Source: Mucisphaera calidilacus (GTDB lineage Bacteria; Planctomycetota; Phycisphaerae; Phycisphaerales; Phycisphaeraceae). From it: DNA of 32,000 nucleotides. The notes under the pieces were generated by a model. It searched no databases, was not told the DNA's origin, and saw only the letters and a list, made by a program, of their open reading frames with translations. Position numbers and translations under genes: made by a program. This document shows positions 23,842 to 31,585 of the stretch, piece after piece. Within the stretch, counting starts at the first letter, position 1. Each line of letters opens with the position of its first letter. The DNA is taken from contig NZ_CP036280.1 of assembly GCF_007748075.1 (NCBI RefSeq), positions 3,454,542 to 3,486,541 on the forward strand, given 5' to 3'.

Positions 23842-24372
23842 ATGGCCGAGACGCCTTATCGCATCGCGACGCTTTGTTACCTGTTTGATGATCGGGGGCG
23901 GTTGCTGCTGATTCACCGGCGCAAGCACCCGAACCGGGATTTGTATTCACCGATTGGTGGCAAGTTGGACACGGTTTCGGGTGAGAGTCCGCAGCAGTGC
24001 GCACTCCGTGAGATACGGGAAGAAACCGGGTTAGTATTGAGCGAAGGCGATTTACACCTGGTGGGTCTGGTTTCGGAGACGGCGTATCAGAACGAAACAC
24101 ACTGGCTGATGTTTCTTTATGAAGTAACAACGTTACACAGCCTGGCGGAGCGTGATATCAACGAGGGCAGGCTAGCGTGGGTGACGCGTGAGGAGTTAGT
24201 GGAATTGCCCATGCCGGAGACGGATCGCGAGGTGATCTGGCCGCTTTTCTGGGCTCATCGCGGCGGGTTTTTCGCGGCGCACATTGATTGTCGCGGGGGT
24301 GCGATGCGTTGGACGCTGGACCGCAGTTTGCGGGCTGAGGGGGGCGTGGGGGCGGATTCTTGCGATTGTTAG
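23842..24372 (+). CDS. NUDIX hydrolase
   Basis: Nudix box GGKLDTVSGESPQQCALREIREETGL (GX5EX7REUXEEXGU). Confidence 0.85.
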   Translation: MAETPYRIATLCYLFDDRGRLLLIHRRKHPNRDLYSPIGGKLDTVSGESPQQCALREIREETGLVLSEGDLHLVGLVSETAYQNETHWLMFLYEVTTLHSLAERDINEGRLAWVTREELVELPMPETDREVIWPLFWAHRGGFFAAHIDCRGGAMRWTLDRSLRAEGGVGADSCDC

Positions 24373-24476
24373 CAAACCGGTTGTGCAGCCGGGCATTTTT
24401 CCGCTATATTTTGCTTTCCGGGTTTTTGTACCCAGGGGGATGGCGGGTCACAGTTGATGATTGAAGAGATTGTCGT

Positions 24477-25613
24477 GTGGCCACAAGCCCGGTGAATCTA
24501 TCTACCTTTACACGATTGGACAGTACCTTGAGCAAGTCACGCGTGATGACCCCGGACACCGCATCCTTTGCGCCGTGGGATCATGGATCGGAGCACCTGT
24601 TTCGCCTGTTGAAGGGCGTTGTGAAGATCAACGGTTTTTCGCTGGCGATTCTGGACCCGTCGCGTCCGCGTGAGGACGGCTTCTTGGCCGGTGCGGGGAT
24701 CAGCAAGGACGAGGTGGATCGCTGGTGCGGGAGCGGTTATGCGAACGACCCGCTTTATCAGGAGGCGTTGCGTAAGGGGATTGCGAGTGGTCGCGGGCTG
24801 AAGACCAAGCCGTCGCCGCCCGCGCCGGGCAAGCAGATCGTGATCGCGACGGAGCCGGTGGGTCCTGAGAGCAAGGCTGTGTGGGTTCTGATTGGTGGCC
24901 GTGACAGCGCGTTGTCGGAGGATGAGCTGGCTGCGTGGCCGCTGCTGCTCAAGAGCATCCGCACGTCGTTTGATTACATGCCGGAGCCGGGTATGTCGCG
25001 TGTGGTTCTGGGCAGTGACGACCGCGTGATCCATGCGGACCCGGTGCTGCGCAGCCGTGCGATCAGTCAGCCGGAGGTTCTGAGTGATCTGTCGGCGAAC
25101 CTTCGTCCGATCATCGAGCAGCGTTGGCCGGAGACGGAGTATTTCGAGCGTCACGACCTGTCGATCGAGGTGAACGGCGAGCCGACGTGGGTTCGGTTCC
25201 ATTTCGGGCATGCCCCGGGCGAGTCGGAGGGCGAGCACCTGTATGTGGAGCTACGTCCGTTGTCGGAGGATGACGTTCCGCCGAGCGGCCTGGTACCGGA
25301 CGACCGTATTGCGCAGGCGGCTGGTTACATCAGCGACAATTTCGCGTCGTCGCCGAACCTGACGGAGATCTCGGCGTCGGTGGAGACGAGCCCGTTCCAC
25401 TTCCACCGCCTGTTCTCGAAGCAGATGAACATCAGTCCGAAGCATTATCTGCTTCGTCTTCAGATGCAGATCGCCAAGTGGATGCTTCGTGCGAGCCGCA
25501 AGCCGATCGGCACGATCGCGATGGACACGGGTTTTTCGAGCCACGGTCACTTCACGGCGACGTTCCACCGGATTGTGGGAATGAGCCCGACGCAGTACCG
25601 CGAGAGCAACTGA
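24477..25613 (+). CDS. AraC/XylS-family transcriptional regulator with an uncharacterised ~270-aa N-terminal domain
   Basis: C-terminal double HTH: IAQAAGYISDNFASSPNLTEISASVETSPFHFHRLFSKQMNISPKHYLLRLQMQIAKWML...GFSSHGHFTATFHRIVGMSPTQYR. Start uncertain (GTG 24477 or ATG 24546). Confidence 0.8.
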   Translation: MATSPVNLSTFTRLDSTLSKSRVMTPDTASFAPWDHGSEHLFRLLKGVVKINGFSLAILDPSRPREDGFLAGAGISKDEVDRWCGSGYANDPLYQEALRKGIASGRGLKTKPSPPAPGKQIVIATEPVGPESKAVWVLIGGRDSALSEDELAAWPLLLKSIRTSFDYMPEPGMSRVVLGSDDRVIHADPVLRSRAISQPEVLSDLSANLRPIIEQRWPETEYFERHDLSIEVNGEPTWVRFHFGHAPGESEGEHLYVELRPLSEDDVPPSGLVPDDRIAQAAGYISDNFASSPNLTEISASVETSPFHFHRLFSKQMNISPKHYLLRLQMQIAKWMLRASRKPIGTIAMDTGFSSHGHFTATFHRIVGMSPTQYRESN

Positions 25614-25793
25614 GTCGTGCCTGTGCGGGCGTTGTGAGGCGTGGGTCCGGTATTCCGGTGCGGCCGGAACGGATGGATCTGCGTCCGGATGTCCGATGGT
25701 AGAGTGGTGTGGGACCGGGCCGGGTTTGGCCGCGGTCGTCTGGCCGTCTATCTTGTAGGCGGCAGGAGATCACCCGGAAAGGACCTTCGCTTT

Positions 25794-26402
25794 ATGGCAC
25801 GGATCGACACCTGGCTGAGCCGCCCGATGCTCGCAGTTCTGACGCTGGCTGTGGCCCTGCTGCCTTTGGGCTGCACGGCGAACCGTTACACCTTCGAGAG
25901 TTCGGCGTTCAGCCCGAAGACGGTGGAGGTGGTGGATCAGCTGGCGATGGAGACGGTTTGGGCGATGGACGTCCCGGTGGGTCAGAAGTTGATTCTGGAC
26001 TTCAACAGCAAGCATGAGGGGGGGGTGTTCACGCACGACCCGACCCCGCCGACGTCGATGACGTGGGAGCTTCAGCGAGCGTCGCGGCACACGCTCTTTG
26101 CCCAGCACTACATCGGTGGTGCGAACGACAAGGGCGAGGTGGTGTTGAACGGCAACCCGGTGATCACGCGTGTGACGGTTCGCGAGGTGAATCGTGAGCT
26201 GGAGGAGCCGATGCCCGAGTTGTTCGTGGCCCCGACGGAGCCGGCTTCGTTCTCGGAGCCTGAGTCGGACGCGGGCGTCTCGGACGTTCCGGCGGAGGAG
26301 CCTGCTGAGGACGTGATGGACGAGGCGCCGTCCGAGGACGCGGCGGAAGATGCCGAGTCGGCCGAGGACGAGGTCCCGTTGCTGGAGGGTGCCCCGGACT
26401 GA
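25794..26402 (+). CDS. Lipoprotein, hypothetical, with an acidic disordered C-terminus
   Basis: Start at ATG 25794 (MARIDTWLSRPMLAVLTLAVALLPLGCT, signal peptide plus lipobox). The C-terminal ~60 aa are E/D/A/P-rich. Confidence 0.65.
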   Translation: MARIDTWLSRPMLAVLTLAVALLPLGCTANRYTFESSAFSPKTVEVVDQLAMETVWAMDVPVGQKLILDFNSKHEGGVFTHDPTPPTSMTWELQRASRHTLFAQHYIGGANDKGEVVLNGNPVITRVTVREVNRELEEPMPELFVAPTEPASFSEPESDAGVSDVPAEEPAEDVMDEAPSEDAAEDAESAEDEVPLLEGAPD

Positions 26403-26435
26403 GTGATCGGGGTCTGACCGCGGAGGGCTTTGGCC

Positions 26436-27038
26436 ATGCGGCTCGGAATCTGTTTTGTGATGGTCGTGGTGGGTGGTCTGGGGACGGGTGTGGTGTCGGC
26501 GCAGGACGATCGTTCGGTGGACCGTGGTGTGGAGGATGTGGATCCGGTGGCGCGGAGCCTGCGTCAGTTGGATTTCGGCATCGACGAGCGGACGTCGCGG
26601 AGCCGGATGTTTGATTTATCGCGGGATCTGCGGGGCACGGCGGCGGTTCACGGGACGCAGCGGAGCGCGGATTATCGTCTGGAGGGCTCGGGGTTCACGG
26701 CTTATTTTCGTCGTTCGGATTACGCGGTGCGCACGGGCAAGGACGAGTATGGCCTGAATCAGAACGTGATCGACGGCGGGGATCAGTACGCGTTGACGCC
26801 CGTGGACACGTTTTACAGTCTGGTGCCCGAGCGTCCGGCGTTTGTGGGGCCTGAGCCGCTGCGGCCGGGACAGGTGGATCTGCGGCTGGGTGCCGCGTCG
26901 GGTGATGATCGGATGCGGATGGCGATCCCGGGGCATCAGCTGGATCCGGTGCCGACGGACCTGGATGCGCAGCTGCGGCTGCTGAATGAGGCTTTTGAGC
27001 CTTACGGTGCGGACGAGACGCCGCCCGGCGGCTGGTGA
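26436..27038 (+). CDS. Secreted hypothetical protein
   Basis: ATG 26436 lies 7 nt after GGAGGG. Signal peptide MRLGICFVMVVVGGLGTGVVSAQ. No recognisable domain. Confidence 0.6.
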   Translation: MRLGICFVMVVVGGLGTGVVSAQDDRSVDRGVEDVDPVARSLRQLDFGIDERTSRSRMFDLSRDLRGTAAVHGTQRSADYRLEGSGFTAYFRRSDYAVRTGKDEYGLNQNVIDGGDQYALTPVDTFYSLVPERPAFVGPEPLRPGQVDLRLGAASGDDRMRMAIPGHQLDPVPTDLDAQLRLLNEAFEPYGADETPPGGW

Positions 27039-27042
27039 ATGA

Positions 27043-27894
27043 TTATGAAGTCGGGGTGAGCAGGGCGTTGTCGATGAGGCGGACGCTTCCGAGTCGCGCG
27101 GCGATGAGTGCGACGTTGCTCTGGTCGGCGGTCTGGACGGGCTGGAGGTTGTCGGCGTCGCGGATGACGGCGTAGTCGGTGTCGAGGCCGTGGTCGGCGA
27201 GGATTTCGGCCATGGCGGTTTCGAGGGTGTGGGGGTCGTTGTGTCCGTCGGCGAGCGTCTTGCGGGCGAGGCGTAGGGCTTTGAAGAGGGCGGCGGCTCG
27301 GGGACGCTCGTCGGGGGTGAGGTACTGGTTGCGGCTGGACCTGGCGAGGCCGTCGTGTTCACGGGCGGTGGGGACGCTGACGATGCGCAGGGGCATGGCG
27401 AGGTCGCGGACCATGGCGCGGACGATGGCGAGTTGCTGGTAGTCCTTCTGGCCGAAGCAGGCGATATCGGGCTGGCAGAGGTTGAAGAGTTTGGCGACGA
27501 CGCGGCAGACGCCCGGGAAGAGGGCGGGTCGTGCGGCGCCCTCGAGGATGTTGGCGAGATCGGGGACGTTGATGGCGACGTCGGGTTGGCCGGGGGGGTA
27601 GAGGGTGTGGGCGTCGGGTGTGAAGACGAGGTCGACGTCGTCGTTGCGGCAGATGGCGAGGTCGTCGTCGAGGGGGCGTGGGTAGCGGTCGAAGTCCTCG
27701 TGGGGTCCGAACTGGGTGGGGTTGACGAAGATGGAGACCCAGACGAGGTCGGCGTGCTTCTGGGCGTGTCGGATGAGGGATCGGTGTCCGTCGTGGAGGG
27801 CGCCCATGGTGGGGACGAGTGCGACGGTGGCCTGCGTGGCGTGCCGGTACTGGCGGATTTCCTGGGCGGAGGTGACGACGACGGGTTTGCTCAT
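27043..27894 (-). CDS. panC: Pantoate-beta-alanine ligase
   Basis: Start at ATG 27894. VPTMGALHDGHRSL, VSIFVNPTQF, FGQKDYQQ. I counted 283 aa. The start overlaps the stop of the upstream glycosyltransferase (ATGA). Confidence 0.9.
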   Translation of the reverse strand: MSKPVVVTSAQEIRQYRHATQATVALVPTMGALHDGHRSLIRHAQKHADLVWVSIFVNPTQFGPHEDFDRYPRPLDDDLAICRNDDVDLVFTPDAHTLYPPGQPDVAINVPDLANILEGAARPALFPGVCRVVAKLFNLCQPDIACFGQKDYQQLAIVRAMVRDLAMPLRIVSVPTAREHDGLARSSRNQYLTPDERPRAAALFKALRLARKTLADGHNDPHTLETAMAEILADHGLDTDYAVIRDADNLQPVQTADQSNVALIAARLGSVRLIDNALLTPTS

Positions 27895-28976
27895 GGGCTG
27901 GCCCCTGCCTCGATGGGGATGCCTTCGCCTGTGAGGGCGTGGTAGACGTGGAGGAGGTTCCGGATCTGTGAGGAGGCGAGCCGGTTGTCGCGGACCCATT
28001 CGCGTCCGCGTTCGCCGAGCGCGCAGGCTTCGGCGGGGTCGTTCATGCAGCGCAGGAGGGGTTTGAGGAAGGCCTCGGGTGTGGGTTCGCGGACGATCCA
28101 CGCGGTGTGGTCGTGGATGAGGTGGTCGAGCCAGGGGTCTTCGAGGGCGATGACGGGGAGACCGGTGGCGAGTGCGTGGAGGGTGAGACCGCGTGCGCGT
28201 CCCTGGGGTTGGGGGTGGAGCAGGACGTCGGTGCGGAGGAGCATCTCGCGGTGCCCGAGTCGTCGTGGGACGAGTGAGAGGTTGGCGGCGAGTCCGATGC
28301 GTTGGGCTTCGCGCCAGATGAGGGACTGGTCGGCGCCCTGTCCGTCGAAGAAGAACTGGACCTGGGGGTGTTGGTGGACGACGCGTTTGATAGCCTTGAG
28401 GAGGTTATCGTAGTGGTGGTCCATGGCGCCGTTGCCGCTGACGACGACGGCTCGTGCCTCGCTGATGTTGCAGGTCTGGGGCGCGGCGGGGATGTGGACG
28501 CCATGGTGGAGCGTGTGGATATCGAGTCGTTCGCCCGCGATCTCGCGCATGGTGTCGGCGAGGGGCTGTGTGGCGGGGAGGATGGCGGCGCGTTCGGGGT
28601 TGATGCGGTTGTTGAGGGACCGGAGCAGGGGGATGTCGAACTGTGAGTTGGCGCTGAGGATGGCGGGGATGTCGAGTCGTTCGGCGAGGTTGAGTGCGGC
28701 GCGCCACATGCGTCCGTCGAGGGCGTGGACGGCGGTGATCTCGAGTTCGCGGAAGGTGTCGGTGAGTGCGGTGAGTCGTCGGAGGTTGAGCCAGCTCCAG
28801 CGTGTTTCGTTCCAGCTGACGTAGGCACCGAATCCGCTGCACTCGTGGTCGGGCAGCGAGGAGGGGACGACCTGGGCGACGCGGACCATTTCGTCGATCA
28901 GGCCGACGACCAGGTGCTGGAACATCGGGAGTTCTTCGTCGAGCCAGGCGGTGTTGGCGAGTAGGGCAACGTGCAC
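27891..28976 (-). CDS. Glycosyltransferase, GT-B fold (GT4-like)
   Basis: 361 aa with a GTG start at 28976. The C-terminal half has the GT-B/GT4-like pattern (VLLHPQPQGRARGLTLHALATGLPVIALEDPW...), though the usual E-x7-E motif is not obvious. Confidence 0.6.
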   Translation of the reverse strand: MHVALLANTAWLDEELPMFQHLVVGLIDEMVRVAQVVPSSLPDHECSGFGAYVSWNETRWSWLNLRRLTALTDTFRELEITAVHALDGRMWRAALNLAERLDIPAILSANSQFDIPLLRSLNNRINPERAAILPATQPLADTMREIAGERLDIHTLHHGVHIPAAPQTCNISEARAVVVSGNGAMDHHYDNLLKAIKRVVHQHPQVQFFFDGQGADQSLIWREAQRIGLAANLSLVPRRLGHREMLLRTDVLLHPQPQGRARGLTLHALATGLPVIALEDPWLDHLIHDHTAWIVREPTPEAFLKPLLRCMNDPAEACALGERGREWVRDNRLASSQIRNLLHVYHALTGEGIPIEAGASP

Positions 28977-29018
28977 GTATTCATCGTATCAGGGCGTGGC
29001 GGTTAGACTGCGTTTTGT

Positions 29019-29909
29019 ATGCCTGAGACGCCTTCTGAAACCTGGACAACCCGCAAGCTGTTGACGTGGACGACGGGTCACCTGGAGCGTCACGGCGTGG
29101 ATCATGCTCGTCTGGCGGCGGAGATGCTGCTGGGGCACGTGCTGGGTGTGGAGCGGCTTCGGCTGTATCTGGACCCGGACCGGCCGGCGTCGTCGGCGGA
29201 GCGGGATCGGTTTCGGGCGTTGATCGAGCGTGCGACCGGCCACGAGCCGGTGGACTACCTGGTGGGTCGGGCTCCGTTTTACGGGCTGGAGTTGGCGGTG
29301 GATCGTCGCGTGTTGATCCCGCGTCCGAGCACGGAGGCGCTGGTGGACGCGGTGATCGAGCATGCGCGTTCGCAGGGGCGGCCGGTGTCGGTGCTGGACG
29401 TGGGTACGGGCAGCGGGGCGGTGGCGCTGGCGTTGGCGAAGTCGCTGGCGGATGCGTCGGTGACGGCGACGGACGTGGAGGCGGAGGCGTTGGCGGTGGC
29501 TCGGGGGAACGCGGAGCGCTTGGGTTTAGCGGATCGTGTGCGTTTTGTGCGTGGTGATCTGCTGGGTGCGGTGGCGGGGGAGCGTTTTGACGTGATCGCG
29601 TCGAACCCGCCTTACATCCCCACGGGCGATCTTGCGGGTCTGGATGCGAACGTGCGTGATCACGAGCCGCACGGTGCTCTGGATGGTGGTGTGGATGGGC
29701 TGGCCTGCGTGAACGCGTTGATCGACGGGGCGGCGGATCATCTGCTGCCCGGGGGTTTGCTGGCGTTGGAGTACAACGGCGGGGCTCAGACGTCGGCGGT
29801 GACGGAGCGTCTGGGGCGCGTTTCGGGTTGGGGTGAGTCCCGGGTGCTTCGTGACCACGAGGGTCTGGAGCGTGTGGTGTGCTGTGTGCGTGAGGCGCAG
29901 GGGGCTTAG
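29019..29909 (+). CDS. prmC: Peptide chain release factor N5-glutamine methyltransferase
   Basis: HEPVDYLVGRAPFYGLEL, LIPRP(S)TE, SAM motif VLDVGTGSGAVALALA, catalytic IASNPPYIP. Confidence 0.9.
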   Translation: MPETPSETWTTRKLLTWTTGHLERHGVDHARLAAEMLLGHVLGVERLRLYLDPDRPASSAERDRFRALIERATGHEPVDYLVGRAPFYGLELAVDRRVLIPRPSTEALVDAVIEHARSQGRPVSVLDVGTGSGAVALALAKSLADASVTATDVEAEALAVARGNAERLGLADRVRFVRGDLLGAVAGERFDVIASNPPYIPTGDLAGLDANVRDHEPHGALDGGVDGLACVNALIDGAADHLLPGGLLALEYNGGAQTSAVTERLGRVSGWGESRVLRDHEGLERVVCCVREAQGA

Positions 29910-30538
29910 CGCATCACGTCGCGTTCTTCGACGAGTTCGATGGGCTGGAACTGGGGGTTGTCGTAGAAGCCGGGCGCTGAGAAGCGGAGCATGCGTGTAC
30001 GTCGGAGTTGGATGGTTTCGCCTTCGCGATCGGGGTCGGGGTGTGCGATGGTGGCGGTTTCGCCGCTGAGTCCGCCGATGAAGACGGTCATCTCGTCGAT
30101 GTCTTCGTAGGGTGCGCGCCAGATGGCGACGCTGTCGCGTGCGTGGTCTTTGCCCTGGAGGAGTCGTCCGACGGCCTCGGTGGGGCTCTGGAGGAGCGGG
30201 TTGGCGATGACGCGTTCGATCTCGTTGTAGACGGTGGGCGCGATGCCCTGGTTGGCGGCGATGATGCGTCCGGTGTCGTCGGCGATGTCGAATTCGGGAA
30301 CGAGGAGTCGTTCGTCGCCTGTGTTGTTGGTGACGCTGTAGGTCATGAACCAGTACCAGCGGACGGTGCCGGAGGGTTCTTTGACGGCGATGGTTCGGGG
30401 GATGTCCCACTGGAGGTCGAGGACCCACGAGGGGCTGATGATGCCGGGTTCGGGGTGGCCGGTGTCGGGCTCATCCTGGGCGAGTGCGGGGGTTACGGCG
30501 ATCAGGAGGGTGATCAGGACGACACGAAACGATGTCAT
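29906..30538 (-). CDS. Secreted hypothetical protein
   Basis: Signal peptide MTSFRVVLITLLIAVTPALAQ. 210 aa with C/A-ending codon periodicity. The stop overlaps the convergent prmC stop (cTTAGc). Confidence 0.6.
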   Translation of the reverse strand: MTSFRVVLITLLIAVTPALAQDEPDTGHPEPGIISPSWVLDLQWDIPRTIAVKEPSGTVRWYWFMTYSVTNNTGDERLLVPEFDIADDTGRIIAANQGIAPTVYNEIERVIANPLLQSPTEAVGRLLQGKDHARDSVAIWRAPYEDIDEMTVFIGGLSGETATIAHPDPDREGETIQLRRTRMLRFSAPGFYDNPQFQPIELVEERDVMR

Positions 30539-30649
30539 GGCTCAATCCTCGTAGGCTTGGGAGACTTCATAGGGTACCGGTTCCTGCGGCTCGCGTGAAG
30601 GAGCGGTGTTCGCGGAGCGGCTAGACTGCCTGCTTGCTGGGAGCGATGC

Positions 30650-31585
30650 ATGGCCGGATCGTCATCTCAAGGTGTCGGGTTGTCGATGGAGCGTGTCTCG
30701 GGCGGGCGTTGCCCGGAGGCGTTGGCGTTGTTGCTGACGGGTCGTTGGGGGGATCCGGGGAGGATGGTGGAGGGATTTCGGGCGTACATCCTGCAGCAGG
30801 GGTTGTCGCTGGACCTGCTGTGGGTGGCGCGGATGGACGGTGAGCCGACGGCGGCGGTTTTGCTGCTGCCGAACGTGGGTCGTTCGGCGATGGTGTTCGT
30901 GTCGCCTTGCCGTTCTCAGGAGCAGGCGGGGGTTCTGACGGCGGTGTTGAGTCACGCAGCGGAGTCGTCGGAGGGATTGGCGGGGTATCTGACGCAGGTT
31001 CTGCTGGAGCCGAGTCAGCGTCTGGAGAAGTCGGCGGTGCTGCTGGGGGGTTACGAGCATCTGGCGGACCTGGGTTACCTGCAGCGGACGCTGCGTGAGG
31101 GTGACGGGAGCGACGCGATGCCGGGGGGCTACCGGGTGGAAACGGCGGACGTTGCTCCGTCGGGTTGGTTGGAGCGTGTGATCCTGTCGAGTTACGAGCG
31201 GACGCTGGACTGTCCGTCGCTGGTGGGTCGTCGCGCGATCGAGGACATCGTGGCGGGTCACAAGGCGACGGGTGTGTTCGATCCGACGCTCTGGTTCATT
31301 CTGGTGGAGGAGGCGTCGGAGGAGCCGGTGGGTGTGACGCTGATCAATCCGCTGGTTCAGCCGGGTGGTTACGAGCTGGTTTATCTGGGTGTGGGCGTGT
31401 CGCACCGGGGTCGGGGTCTTGCGGGTTGGATGATGCGTTACGCGATGGGCGCGTTGTGTGGTCGATCGTCGTCGGGGACGCTGTATCTGGCGGTGGATCA
31501 GCGGAACGTACCGGCTTTAAAGCTCTACGCGGGGCTGGGTTTCAGGCAGACGGCGGAGCGCGCGGCGTACCTGCGGATGCTGTGA
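30650..31585 (+). CDS. GNAT-family N-acetyltransferase (two-lobed; C-terminal acetyl-CoA motif)
   Basis: The C-terminal ELVYLGVGVSHRGRGLAGWMMRYAM ... ALKLYAGLGFRQ is a GNAT motif A/B. The N-terminal ~150 aa look like a degenerate second GNAT-like lobe. Start uncertain (ATG 30650, or the M of MERVSGG about 30686). Confidence 0.7.
   Translation: MAGSSSQGVGLSMERVSGGRCPEALALLLTGRWGDPGRMVEGFRAYILQQGLSLDLLWVARMDGEPTAAVLLLPNVGRSAMVFVSPCRSQEQAGVLTAVLSHAAESSEGLAGYLTQVLLEPSQRLEKSAVLLGGYEHLADLGYLQRTLREGDGSDAMPGGYRVETADVAPSGWLERVILSSYERTLDCPSLVGRRAIEDIVAGHKATGVFDPTLWFILVEEASEEPVGVTLINPLVQPGGYELVYLGVGVSHRGRGLAGWMMRYAMGALCGRSSSGTLYLAVDQRNVPALKLYAGLGFRQTAERAAYLRML

Noticed and set aside
22925-24130. 401-aa minus-strand ORF with long poly-Ser/Lys stretches, plus 23064-23387(-) and 23110-23361(+).
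   Set aside because: The poly-Ser and poly-Val/Ile runs are simply other frames of the (GAY)n tract. The ORF crosses three + strand genes and their intergenic regions.
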